Shown one piece after another: positions 1 through 13,944 of a stretch of DNA of 64,000 nucleotides. Source of the stretch: Balanoglossus misakiensis (taxonomy: Eukaryota > Animalia > Hemichordata); assembly GCA_040954595.2 (NCBI GenBank), contig CM082596.2, positions 372,001 through 436,000 of the forward strand, in the 5' to 3' direction. The notes under the pieces are model-generated. The model saw only the letters and a list, made by a program, of their open reading frames with translations, had not been told where the DNA came from and did not search any database. How positions within the stretch are numbered: the first letter of the stretch is position 1; the number at the start of each line of letters is the position of its first letter. Both the position numbers and the translations under genes were made by a program.

Positions 1-1169
1 CTGCAAACAGAACTATATTATGCAGAACACGCCTTCCACGCATGTCAAAGAGCATCATAGGGTCTTATCTCGATTTTCACTGTCAAGATTTTCAACGTCT
101 TGGTTACTGTTTGCAATACAGCATCATCGATCGTGATTAATTATCGCTACAGTTACTGCCATTGATTTACTCTAACAATATTTAACTTAGTATTAAAATT
201 GACTAATGTTGAAATCGACCAACCTATGCAAGTAATTATTGGATTATCTGTCCATAGTTGTGGCATTCTGGCGTTAAATCGATTAAGTGGGAGTTCATGT
301 ACTGTTACTTTTCTTTTAAGCTTGTGTTCTTTTCTTTTCCTACCTTTACTATCGACAAGCAGAAGATCATTTGGAAGACATTACCCCACTACTGTATACA
401 AACCATTAACTCCACAATAATTGCCATTCTCAAATATGGACATGTTTTAGTTGTATAAATTGTCACTGTCCAGCAACGACATATTTGAAAATATCTAGAA
501 AATGGTCTCGATGATATTATCAGAGATTTTTATCATTACGCCTGTACTCAGGCATCCTATGAAGCAGGAAAATACTAAAAAAGTAGTGAATGGTTTCTCT
601 CGATACAACAATGTCTGCAAAGTTGTGTGACTGTGATAACAAGTTTGCCATAGATAAAAGAAACGTCAGATAAAGTGGGATTATAGAGGCGATATCAATT
701 TCACCATAAACAATTTCATTTGCGCTGAGATTTTCACGACAGCCTTCCTAAACAAACAGCACCAATACATTTATTCGCAATTTCCTCAGTTTTCTTTGTC
801 ATAAATAAAGACATCGATTTTCTCTGTCGAGTGAAGCGTTATTAAAAGACACACCCGTTGTGCTTGACAATATCCACCACTTTGCAACCAAGCGACACAC
901 GAAATAAAGACTCTGCTTCTTATCAACTGATGGTCGTGATAGCTCCTCGCCATTCAGCGCTTTAGCATTGCAAGACCTTGTCACTATGGTGCTAATACAA
1001 CCAATTTATTTGAGTTAATGCGATTATTGTCCCCCATTTTTCAGTTTGACAATGAACCTCCTTATCTGATTATAGAGATTTTTTCTCTCTCATGGATTTC
1101 TCTTTTCATCAAGACAGAATCAAAGTCAATTCTGTAAAAGTTACTAAAGCACTTGACCTGACTTTATTA

Positions 1170-1331
1170 TGGCTGGCTGGCTGTCTGTCTGTCACTCACT
1201 CACTCATTCACTCACTCACTGTCTCTCTCTCCCTCCCTCCCTCCCTTCCACCCTTCCCCTCTCTCTCTCTCACTCTTGTCTCTGTCTCCCTCTGTCTCCC
1301 TCTCTCTTCTCTCTGTCTCTCTCTCTCTCTC
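1170..1331. repeat. Compound microsatellite (GGCT/GTCT/CTCA/CCCT/CT)n
   Basis: Visible pyrimidine-rich simple repeats; they generate the low-complexity ORFs at 1092-1529. Confidence 0.9.
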
Positions 1332-1370
1332 ATTACATGTACATTCACAAGCTACAATTTGTGTTTTCAG

Positions 1371-1490
1371 TATACAAAACACGGTGATCAATTTGCAGAC
1401 GTGGAGTCTGATCGATGGCGGCATTTCGGCCAAATTTCCGGACAAGTGTTGAATATAATCAAAACTGCATTTGACATTGAACCAAGATGA
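1371..1490 (+). CDS. Possible terminal coding exon of an unidentified gene entering from upstream
   Basis: Long pyrimidine tract and gttttcag acceptor, then YTKHGDQFADVESDRWRHFGQISGQVLNIIKTAFDIEPR*. The alternative frame IQNTVINLQTWSLIDGGISAKFPDKC* is also open. Product not recognised. Confidence 0.35.
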   Translation, partial: YTKHGDQFADVESDRWRHFGQISGQVLNIIKTAFDIEPR

Positions 1491-4400
1491 GTTAAACCAA
1501 TTATCTGTAAGGCCTCGATTCTCATGCATATTGACAAACAGGAATGACGTTTATCAAATGAAATGAGGCAGAGTGCGTCATCTACAATTGTGTAAAGTGA
1601 AACACACCTGTTATCAGAACGTTGATGATAGGCGTTGTCATGACAACATCCTGATCACTTTTAATTCGTCTCGTTTTTATATTGATGACATCCGATACTA
1701 AAAGCACGCACTCTGATTTTCTTCAGATATATCAACGCGTCAATGTATCTTATCTTTAGAACGTGGATATCATCATGTCACTTTTCATTTTAAGTAATAA
1801 GTGTACATTTTGAAATTGATATAGTACAGCATACACGCGCTCACTATTTTTTTCATAAAGGAAATGCGCTATTGCAAATCATCTAATAGGAATGACATAT
1901 GTAACTTGACAAGGTACGTTAATATTACGCCAATTTTTCATCTTTGACCAAATTTACAAGTAGTGCTCTATTGCTTTAAACACAAAGGGAACAGTGACGT
2001 TAAAATCTCTGGTGAAACACAGTTTCCAAGGGAATGGACACAAGTTCAATCATTGTGACCAAATCAAAGAAAAAAAAACATTGTTGATTAGATTGTGGCA
2101 AATTAGGAATAAAGTGACGACGTCATCCATCTTGATTTTGCGAACACAATTATGAATTAATAGTGTAATGAATCTTGTTACTACACTCTACTAATCAAGA
2201 AACGTTTTATATTTCACCAGCCAAGAATTTAATCGGCTAAAGCTCCAACTGGTGTACTCCGTGAAAGGAAGAGACACCTGTTCACCTATCGAAGCTGACA
2301 GTGTATGAAAACAAACAATGCCACGCTCATCTTAGGATGCAAAGTTGAGTTAAGAGAAGTTATGGTACATCTGGGTATGTATGTGCCGTTTTTGCGCTCT
2401 AAAACATTTTCAAAGAACTGTTGAACAACAGCGATCTGAGAGCAAAGGAGAGATATCGCGTGCAAATTGACTGAAGCTACCCAACGGAATTGTATGATCG
2501 ATTCAATTACTGTTAAAGGTGATATGGGAATTGATATGTTGACGTGACAGGAATGTTTTTCGAAATGAGGTTGTATACGCCACTGTGTAGGTGTTTACAG
2601 GATGTGTTGAATTCAACTTATTTTGAATATTAAAAGCACTCTGCATTAACACCGGTAAGATCTTAATACAATATCAAGAGTTGGCTTTGAGCAACCTTTA
2701 ATTTCAAATGCAAATCACACTACACACGCTATGTGAAATCACACAAACAAGTCTGAAAATACTCTTTAAGTTATCCTTTGGTCTTATCCATGCAAAAGCA
2801 TCGATAGTAAAATGTTACATGGTAAGGGTCAAATATTGTGAATGTTTACTCAGGGGATGCTTTTTCAAGTGGATCCTGTTTTGAATTTTTTATGTATTTT
2901 GCAAGCGAACTGCCCACTTAGCGACTTCCGGAAGCGATTAAGGGGAATGAAATCGAGTATTCTCTCATTGACGAAAATAATTATTGATCTTCATCTCCCA
3001 TGATAATAAAACTTCATACAAAGATTATGAAGATTGGCTGGTGGGATGTGTTTCTGTTTGTCCTCTGTCAGTGTTTCCATACGCTTGACATGACAACTAA
3101 ATATATGGACAATCATGATTTATTTGGACGGACAGATGTGCGAACCAACGGACAAAAGATACGAAGCAGATAACTAAAAGAACAGCACAGGAAGATTTAT
3201 TTAAGAATGGAGTCATGCATTTTCCACTTACTTTATATACTGAAGTGATTCCATTCAAGATAATAATATTATGACAGTGAACATGCCATCTTGGCTTAAA
3301 CTCCGCCATTGCACTTCGTGAATATTCCAAACTGACAAACAACAAAGTTATGTCAGCAATTCTTGGAATTGGAAGGTGCTATCTGGTAATATGGCAGCCA
3401 AGAATAGTGTATTAGAAAGGAAGATTAAGATGACACCCTGTACAAACGATTTCCTATTCAATCAAAGCGCCAATGCTATTTCCGCACAATAGGCACTTTA
3501 CGAGATGTACATCCTTTAAGGTGCCGGTATTGTTAAGTTTCAATTTGTTTTTCGATGAGTAGGCTAAAGATTGAAGCCATGCTTTTAAACTGTTAAACAG
3601 AAGTAGAGCGGTACTGATTGATTAAGGTTTGCAAGCATCAAGTCTAGACAAATGCTGGTATACATCGGCTACCAAATGACATTCGTACACTTCTACGCAT
3701 AAGCGATACGGTATCAAAAGACGGTAAGCTGAAAAATGAAAGGCCGCGTGAATTTTTTTATGTCAGAGGTGCTCTTTTTATCTTCCTGTATGTCAGCATC
3801 TTAAAAGAAAAATGACATGATAAACTTTGACATGGACATAATTGTCATGAATTCAAGTTTTACATATTCCAATTGTCTTTTGTTAACGCATTGGTGAATT
3901 TACTATTTAGCTTGAAAACCAGAAACATGTGACGTCACCGTAAAAGACATAAACAAGGCACAATGATCACGACGCACTGCTTACACCATATTTTGCTGCA
4001 TTTTACAGAGGTGTGAGTAGTTTCTTTGAAATGCTGTCAATTTTAAAAGATGCATTCCACATCTATGAACTCCGCATGCGCAGGATGAAAACTTGCGAGA
4101 ACCCTCTCAAGAAAGTTCACAGACCAAGTTAGGTGCACCCGCTAGAAATCTGACTACATGGCATGGGTGATTGGAGGGTTGTGCGCTACAATAGCAAGTT
4201 AATGAAGTCATCACAGGCCGCACTTTTAAAGAATACACGTGATGTCAATTAAGAATTTCCCCGTATAGTTGGCCTGCCAGCTTTGGTAATAAAATTAAAT
4301 CAGACTGTGTCCGCGAAAATGGAGAGCTTCGCTATGAATACAAATCACGCACAAGCAAGAGGCATGCATAGTTAGTGTACACGGTAGTTTCAATGTGGTC

Positions 4401-6762
4401 AGCCACTGGGACAGCCTTATACAACAATAAAAATAACGGTAATCTTCTGTCGTTGAGTTGAGGAATTGAATCTGTTCGTCGGGTTGCTACTGATGAAAGG
4501 GGGGCGAAAGAGGGACTGACAAAACCTCAAGTAACGCCCAGGGCTGTAAATCAATGGAGTTTACCCTAAGCATAATATTCAATGTTTTCAATAGTCTATC
4601 GAAAGTCTTGAGCGAATTCTCAGTGGAATATTCAACAATGAGAACGTTATTAATATCCCGCTTTAAAACGGCTATTTAAATCTACTTAGAAAAAGAAAAA
4701 ATAAACCGTGCTATACATATAAACAAGTACGTTGTGGACAGCCTATTTAGCACGTCGCTACTGAAATCAGCCGTGTTCGTTCGAACTATAGTGCAGAATT
4801 GACTGGAAATGATTTTACTTAGTATATTTATCTTTGATTGGCTGCCGGTTGAAACAGTTGAAATTACTCTTGTGTGAGCCAGGAGCTGCAATGGTAAAGT
4901 GACCTAATTTAACCCTTAATACTAAGAAAAGCTACGGCTATTACCGCATGTTATACTCTAACAAAAATCGTTCAGCCACGTGACAGGATAAATACACGTA
5001 TATCTGATATAAACTCATGGAATGAATCGTTCATTTAGTCAGTGTATGTAGCTGTCCACTCCTCTTATGGACACAATTTCAATGTGTTTGATGAATCTAA
5101 TTGGTTCTCCGGATTGACGTCATTCTGGGCGTTATCACATGCACATGCACGAGAGAAAACGGATCTTGCAAATTTGTACGTGCAAAAGATGTTTTTGTTT
5201 CTACCTGATGGTGTCACTACGCATAAACGGGACATTTTAAACAAAAATTATACCGTCAAAGCAACAACATACTCTGCTGGAAATGGTATCTACTGAGGCT
5301 TTAAGGATAGATTTTTTGAAGCATCATCAGAAAGTAATCACATAGTGTCTACTTCTATTATTCCTTCAAGAACAACAGAGAAGAAATTCTTTGGTTATAT
5401 TAAAACTGCCTCTTGAAGATAATTTGTACTTTATATTCTATCATATATGGCCAGCCAGAGCTCGGTAGAGTGATTATCAAAAATTGCAAAAAGGCTGCCA
5501 AGTGAAGTTTAATCAATGTTTCATTTTGAAATTCTCTAAAGGAAGGAAACTATTTCATTAATTTTGTAAGTTTCGCCCAAAGGGTGAAATAAAACACACC
5601 TTACGGTCTGCTGCGGTTTGCGTAACCTCTTGATACGGTTATTTTGTTTTGATTATTGGAAGAGAGCGTGAGTCAGAGAGAAATAATTCTGAGTCGTTCA
5701 AGTGGATAATGTGGATTTAATGCAACTTCGCTTTAGTTTGTTATGATTCACAAGAGTGCAATATTTACTGTCGCTGAACTAAGTCAAACTAAGCAGTGTG
5801 TGTGGTTTATCACTCCCTTGGTGTAGTCGATACAAGTGGGCGTTTTGTATGATATGGTACAGTCAGCAGTTACTTTTTTCTATATTCTACGACAAAGAAA
5901 TTATTCTTTATCTTTATTTTGCATTTTGGTGTCTCGAGTATTGGGGCAGTTTCACCAGTTTGCTTCTTGTCGACTGCTGTACATGATACCGAATCCTACG
6001 TGCGTTTCCTTGGATACAAGTAACAAGGTCACTCGGTTTCTGTGAATGACAAAGCCCTGCGTTGTATTTTGTATATATTGGCATCTCTTGTAAGTTTCAT
6101 TTCATGTTCAATCCAACGAATAAACATGCATGAATCCATTTCTTTCAAAATACATGAGAAGTTTAAAAAAAATTAGGTACGAAACGGCGCTGAAGATGAT
6201 GGTACATGTTTACGCAAATGGGGAACGGACACAACTCACTTCACGGTAACTTTCTTTGTCGTCTGCAAGAATCTGCCCGATGGGACTGATACTCCCAATG
6301 GGATTTCGTGCCTGCTTCTGTCACCAGCTAGTTACAAGGGCATCAACAAACCCCAGCCTAACAATGAACATTTCTCTAATCCACTTTTATGCCACGGGTT
6401 ACGTCAGTATGTTTCTGTGTCCCACAGGGAAGATTAATGTAGTTCTCTCTCTCTGTAAAAACACCACTTTCACTTTTTTGTATGTATGAATGGTATGTAA
6501 CAGAGAGAAACTTCAGCTGCTTATATTCTTCTCTATCCATTTTGGAAGGGAATGGGGATCAAAGACTTAGACGATGCTCGCCTTCGAATGATACGTATCT
6601 AGCACACCGCTGTCATTCCGTGGTCAGTATTTGCTATCAGTTTCACATAAAGAGTTTCTTTTTCAACGAATAAAACAGTGATCGTGTGATCATTACATTC
6701 ATTGATGGTCTGTGACACTTCATGGAATCGTGTACCCCTTCTGATGACTTGTTTATATACAC

Positions 6763-6798
6763 TTTGTTTGTTTGATTGTTTGTTTGTTTGTTTGTTTG
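6763..6798. repeat. (TTTG)n microsatellite
   Basis: tttgtttgtttgattgtttgtttgtttgtttgtttg. Confidence 0.85.
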
Positions 6799-6988
6799 CA
6801 GTCTACCGCATTTTTTTAAATGTCAAGTCTGATAACAAATGTGTGCTACCTTTATCATTACCATAACGTGGTCACATACAGCGAGAAATTTACCTAGACT
6901 CTTTTTGTTTTGGGTTATTTGTTTGCTTGTGGAAAAGTTTGTTTACCAGGGACAGACAGACAGACCAAGGTATCAACAAATACAGATT

Positions 6989-8146
6989 AAAGCTGCAAGC
7001 AGCATTGTCCGGGCCCAAGCTCTATTATCTGATCTGATGCTAATATAGTGTTAAGTAGGTCAAAGGTCACCCGAGGTCACCCAACATTTGGGCAAAATAT
7101 TTTGACCCCATACTGGTCCATGTATAACAAAAACAAAACCTCTAGGTCTATTGGTTCATCATTAATGAGGTATGCGCATATTTAATGAGGTCACCAGAGG
7201 TCAAAGGGGTCATGAAAAGTAGCAAAATGTTTTGATCACATACAAATCCACATGCATCAAAAACCAAACTTATAGCCCTATTGGTTAGCCTGGAATTAGA
7301 TATGCAGAAAAATGATTCGTCAAAAGTAGGTCAAAGGTCATTGCCAAAATTACAAAAATATTTATAGCTTATTCTTGTCATATGATGATTCATATCCATA
7401 AAAAGAATTTCTGTGCTATCAATTTTTAGGCTAGAAAAGGAATTTTTACTTTTTAATCGTTTTTCACAAAATCCAATATGGCCGCCATAATCTTCAACCA
7501 ATCACATTCCCCTTCGCAAACTTGATAGACATCCGTTTAATGACCACACACACCAAATCTTGTGACTCGGTTATGGCCCGTTCTGGAGGAGAAGATTTTT
7601 GAAGTTTTACTATGGTTTTTAGAAAATTCAATATGGCCGCCATAATCTTTGACCAATCACAATGATCTTCGCAAACTTGATAGACATCAGTTAGGTGACC
7701 ACATAACCCAAACGGCGTGACCCGGTTATCGCCGGTTCTGGAGAAGAAGATTTTTGAAATTTTGACCAGATTTCAGAAAAACAACTGTAGCAAAAAAACT
7801 GCAACATTGACAGCAAAATATCCAATTACAAAAATGATGGGCAGAGGGTATACTACCAGCACGCCAAATCTTAACTCGATCTGACTTGTAGTTTCTGAGA
7901 TCTGAGATTTGCATTTTTTCAGAAAATCCAATATGGCCGCCATGTCACGTGACTAATTAAGTATTCACAAGTCACTGCACATCTACTCATTGACCTTGAC
8001 CACTGTAGCAAGTTTGAGAACTGTACCTGCAGCGGTGTCTGAGATCTAGAGCGCGAAAGAAGTGAACCAAGAATAAAGAAAGAAAGAAAGAAAAACCCCA
8101 ACGAAACCAATACGGGCCCAAGCCTGGCTTGGCTTGGGCCCGTAAC
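6989..8146 (-). mobile_element. Non-autonomous Helentron-associated (HINE/DINE-1-like) element
   Basis: Subterminal repeat CGGGCCCAAGC at 7010-7020, repeated in a 14-bp-stem hairpin at 8111-8144. Small terminal stem-loop GCTGC-AA-GCAGC at 6992-7003. (AAAG)n microsatellite at about 8071-8095. Internal ~155-bp tandem repeats. No ORF. Confidence 0.7.
7468..7780. repeat. Two ~155-bp tandem units inside the HINE-like element, with a third partial copy at 7923
   Basis: aaaatYcaatatggccgccataatctt...cttcgcaaacttgatagacatc...gttctggagRagaagatttttgaa begins at 7468 and 7623. Confidence 0.85.
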
Positions 8147-10535
8147 TAGCCCTTGGGGGGAGTGGATGCAATTAGCTCCAAGTTTCTATCGGCTGAAAAG
8201 ATGTCGGAGACAATGAAACAAAACCGTGTTCAGTCAAAGCAAATTGAACAAACTTTGAAAAGACATTGTTCTGTATTCAGCCACTCATGCTTTGTTTACG
8301 TAACGCCACCAGAATACCACCGACTGTGATGAGATGCACGTTGTGTTGATCTTCGAGTAGCCAGATTCAACTACTTCGAGTTGGAATGGTTATAATCACT
8401 CGATATGAAATTTTTTTAACAATCAGCATTGTATCTTAACATTTACAATATAACAACTTCAATTACGACAAAAGATCAATAGGTCCGATAAGAAAAAAAT
8501 CAATTCTGGTACATAGTGACGTGAACAATCGATCAATCAATCAATGCACAAACAGTAACACAAACCTATCAATTTGAAACTATTAAGCTAAATCAATGAT
8601 ATTTTATTATTTGCCATCTCAGTCTAATGGAAGTGGCGTTTGTAAAATCTAATACCATTTTCGTTTTCTATTATGATAAATGAAAACCAAAGTACTTTCA
8701 CCAAAATTGCGATCTGCCACAGCTGTTTCCAAGGTTTGAGTTTCATGGGTAGCATTTTCATTTCCTGGCGTTTAGAGCAGATATCCACTGATTTGTGAGG
8801 CTACAACAAATCTATGATTTATCACTAATTGATTAGGCCAATACGTTGTCCCCCACAAACCTCAGGTTTTTTCGTAACAGACTGTGATAATATTATGCCA
8901 GGCAATAAGCACCTGCACGAACTGGTTGAATGCAAGCTATGTCTCCAACACTTGAGAAATTCCAGCGTCTCAGAACCCGATTGTGTCCTTTCTTTGAAGG
9001 ATGTAACGTGACACGTTTTAACTATCCGTATCTTTGATTCACTGATGAGAGTCAATTTTCCCGTCGTTCACCAGCGCCGTCAAAATAAATCACGATGTAA
9101 TCAGATGACGGTGGACTGGGGAACCTGCGGTGTGCGCCAAGGTTGTTGTGATTCTTGAACATGACACGCCTTCCTGCAAACAGTGTCGGGTATATGCGTC
9201 AAATTGCGATCCCCTTCTATACATGTAAAGTGGTGGCTCGTATTGTGACTGACAATCAGCCTGACAGTCACTCATACGACTGAATGACACCTTCGCATAA
9301 CTTCATTTTTCTCTTGACAAGGTCACCCTTCAGTTGTCAGAGTCTCACCAACAAATTGGCAGACACGGTTTGACAGAAACAAGTGCGGTGGGTAGACACG
9401 TGGCTATAATTACCCCCAAGACCTCTCATCCAAACCTGAATAACCCCTCCGTCTTTCCATGTTCGGATCTTAATGAAAGAGTGCACCGAGTAATTGGCTC
9501 TTAACATCTCAGCGCAACATGTACTAATCATCACTCTGCAGAAATATGTACTGGCGAATTAAATGGAAAAAATATTCCTACCATCAATGAAAAGAACATC
9601 GGTGAGAAGGTTTGGCTTTGATTCGTATATGACTATGACGTAATACATGTATGGGTTTTGGATTACAAGCATTAAGGCAGCGTCTTCTTTTCAAATTCGC
9701 CCAAGCGTTCTTGGATATTGCATCGAATGACGAAGTGAGTATATAGCTTCTGTGGGTCCTTGGTATGCGTACTGAGATCAATTAAACTGAGGGACTAAAT
9801 TCATGGTTGAATGCTCGCCTTTGCATTACCATCACATGTTATTTTTTGTAACTATTCCATGAAGAGTTGATGCAAAAGCCAATTGACATTTGCCACTGAT
9901 CTGCAATGTGCAAGGCTGCAGACTTCGCCATCGTTGTCCAACAGAGGAACCAACGATCTCCCAACTCGGTGTGATTGCTCACACTTTTTTTTCTGCACCA
10001 CGTATAGCAGTCAAAACCGCGTCAACCGTATTGATTGAAAATACTTGTAATTCAAATTATAAGAGACTCACCTGCGATTTCTTGTCAGTAAAGGTGAAGT
10101 TTTAAGCCACTGATCAGTGTCTCTGGTACACGTCTGAGAATGGTGACGGTAGCTGTGGTCCGCTTGGGAAGTTGTTTTTCTGGGGAAAATCACCACCCTG
10201 ATTCCTTGCCAAATCTCAGCAGAAGTCCACAATCTCAAAAATTACTTGAAATCGAATCGCATTCCAAATCTGTATTTCGCCAGGGAATGTGTCACCAGAT
10301 GAGCGTTGCAGTCGACGTCTGTTCACTGCCTGAGTGTGCCTATAGAGTGAGTGTGATTAAAGAACTCGTTCAATGCACGGATAGAACAAGTCAACAAGTG
10401 CTCACGTGTTTTGCATCGCCAATCATAACGTCTGACAGAGAGGGGACACATACCTATCCCAAAAAGATTCCGGTGCTGAATAACTTGAGTGAAATCTGCC
10501 GTATTTCACCAAAAGAGAACTTTGCACTGTAGGCC

Positions 10536-10775
10536 TACTATACTGTACTGTACTGTACTATACTGTACTGCACTGCACAGTAGTGTACTGTACTATAGTG
10601 TAGTAAACTAGTACTGTACTGCACTGTAGTGCATTGTCCTGTACTGCCCTATAGTACAGTGTACTACAATACTGCACTGTAATGTAGTGTTCAGCACTGT
10701 AGTGTTGTGTATTGTGATAGTGTAGTGTAGCATAGTGTGGTGTAGTAGAGTGTACTGTTCTGTACTGCACTGCAC
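10536..10775. repeat. Degenerate pentanucleotide satellite (TACTG/CACTG/TAGTG)n
   Basis: Direct inspection; source of the Y/T/V/H-rich ORFs at 10558-10799. Confidence 0.85.
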
Positions 10776-12400
10776 TTCATAAAAATAAGCGCAATGCATT
10801 AGTATGGAGCTTGCAACGTGCTTTAAAATTGTAGAATTATGTGTGCTTATGTAACTATTTTGTGAATCCCCCTGGAGACGAAAACGCTTAAGTTACGCGC
10901 CTGTACAACGACCTGAGGCAAAAGGAAGGCAGCTGAAATTTAAATTGAGTGAGAATTCTAACGATTTGAGCTCTGAACTACGCAAATTTTTACAAGCCTG
11001 AATCATTTATAAATGAAGACTGCTAGCACTAACATCGCTACAGTGGAGGACAATAAAATCTTTTCATGTTGATGAAAGGATTTTTATTTGTCATAAAATA
11101 GATTTTTACATTCATTTCTTGCAACACTGAAGTGCCGGGCCCTATTTCTGTTTGTTCGTCCAATATTTCCATTTGTTCTGTATTGGTGACTCAAATATAG
11201 TTTGCTGAAAGTGTCTGTCGGTGGCACCACTTAGAACGGAAAACATAAATATGTCTCAGTTTTCTTCGGTTTGGGAATTTCCATTAAGGAAAGGTTCCCA
11301 CCGGTTTTAAGTCCCTTCAAAATGGACAGATCTCTAACATTAATTTTTTTTATCCCCGTTGAAATTTACATTTTCCAAAGGTCTTTACCCTTCTTTTGGA
11401 ATGCTGGGAAAAGTGTAAAAAGGGCTTTAATGGATAAACCTCACTTTTCAGCAAACCTTGCTTGGGGAAGGGGGTACCCCATGGCAGGAAACATATTTGA
11501 ATGAGGTGATGAAACTTAAATTAAATTTATGACCTGACACTGGCACTGGTCGCAAAGCTAGCCGTCGGGTGGGAATATTATGACGCATACTATGCATATA
11601 TTGCATAAGTGAAAGTTCCTGAGGATAAAATATTAACGTCTCTACATTTACAAAATGACGTGTTCTCGTTATTGCTGTGTTAAATAATTTAATACATTAT
11701 ATTGTGCCAGCCTTTTGCAATGTTGGTTTACCAAGCGTAATGCATTATTTTTATCATGAATACTGTAAGTTTAAGAACAACAACTTGATTAAACGTGATT
11801 AACACGTTTGAAATCTTGTCTACAGAATAAAATGAGAACAATTTTGTCTCTCCCGACTGAAGAAGCTTATCGAATCTGCTATATGTGTTGAAATTTTATT
11901 CGGGCGTTCCACTCATACTTTCATTTCTTAGCAACGCCAACGAAACCCGCAACTTCACTATCGCCTGTCATCAATCTTTCGTTATCAAGCATAAAGATTC
12001 CTCTTAAAGCTGCCGCCATTTGCCTTAAACATTAAATGGTTGTCAATGAATTGTATACATCAGTGGCTGTAGCACTTTGACAAATTCTGTCTCGTTACAT
12101 TCGGCCTTTAATCTTTATACGCGCATAAATTTTGAGATGACAACTTCAACTAAATTAGTCGTGAAACAGAATTAGTTTATGCAAATTAGCATTTGCGTGG
12201 AGAAATGAATGTCACGTTGAGTTGATTTTTAGTACAAAGATACCGTCAATTGAATGAAGGCTGGCAATCAAGCACTTTCGTTGCTTTTTATATTATTCTG
12301 TCAATCATTTGTCTTCATATCGGACAACGACAGTTAAAGTGTAGCTCTAATTCAACTTGCACCTTGTGGCCTCCATTGTTAAAAGAAAGACGGGCGGAAG

Positions 12401-12562
<162 letters not shown>

Positions 12563-13944
12563 ATATTTCTATCACAAACAAATTCAACAGCTTTTGAAAT
12601 GTTGACAGCAGGAATTTTGCATTAGTACCAAAAGATCTCGCGGGATGTTATTAATCTTGTGAGCAGACTGTGCAAAAAGCGTGTCGTAAGTCAATCAAGA
12701 TGACGTGCGTCTGGGAACACGTGTCGTGCTTGTGTTGTGAGTTTGGTGTCGTGCCATGCATTGGGGACCACAACTCTTGCCACTTGGCGGCTGTAAGCTA
12801 GACAGACTGACGCATATACGCCGTGCATTTGGGAACACGAAGGAAGCATAACTTGGTGAGGGTTAAGAGTTTGCTCAAACTTGACTGATCTTGTGAAGAT
12901 GTGTTTTCAATGCACTTGTCTCCTCACTTCAGAACATTCCCTGTGGAAAAATGGAATGTGCATGTGCGTATATGCTACAGACATGACACCGTCCGAGCAT
13001 GTGTTCCCAGTTTGCCAAGAAATATATATGCATCAAGGCAAAATGGGAACTCGAAAGAGAATTTTACGTTTGATTTGAGACAAAATAAAGAAACTTCTTA
13101 TGTGTGATGGCAGATCTTGATAACATTTGTACTTACTGTGAAAACAGTTGTCGCAAGCCAAGTACTATACACAAGGTCCAAATCAGAGGCCTGAAACAGG
13201 AAAAAAGTTGTACATCATTTAGACTAAATATGGTCACCGCTTTGTGTAGCTATGATTGGAATATGTTGAATGTAAATCTTGTTCGTCATGGCGCCTGCAC
13301 AGTACCTCAGAGATAAACGCCGATGATATATGAGCTCAACTTGTTAAAAATCAAAGCAGTATGGTGCGAAGGTATCTATGATAGAAAGAATAACTGAGAC
13401 ACTTGATCCCTATATCCCACATTTCAAAAGTGAAATGAAATCTCCCAATGGGACGCGCTTCTACGTCATGGCAGTAATTCTTTATATTATTTACATTACC
13501 GCTTCTCCAGCGGGGTATCGAATAGTATTTTTATCACCGTTTAACTTTTATATTATTGGCCCATCAAGTTTTTTTTCGCTAGCTATTCTCGCCACAAGCG
13601 CTCCGAAAAAATCTACCCGTAACCTTCCTTAAATTTACGGCTCTTGTCTCTATTTTTATTGCAAACGCTAACAAGGGTCACATTAACGTTATTTCTCAAA
13701 ATAAACCCCAACGGTCGCGATAATTTTCGTAAAACTCACGGGATAAGCTCTTCTTCCCCATGATGGTTGAACGGAGCAATGGTACTATTTTGAATACGTC
13801 CTTTGCTTTTTTTTTTATACATAGGGAAACTATGCCAGTGCGTAAAAGTAAAGGTTCGTTCTAATGATGTTTCTCGCATTAAATGTGTCGCCTATCTCTG
13901 CTATTTGTTCTGAATTTGTTGATATAAAAGTCAAATGTACTCAC

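Noticed and set aside
7468-7945. Repeated units as a CRISPR-like array
   Set aside because: Whole 155-bp units repeat without unique spacers, there are no cas genes, and the array lies inside a transposon
9238-9281. Imperfect hairpin with partial resemblance to miR-2008 (ATCAGCCT...ATACGA)
   Set aside because: The would-be seed lies in the loop, the stem is too short and the match is only partial and from memory
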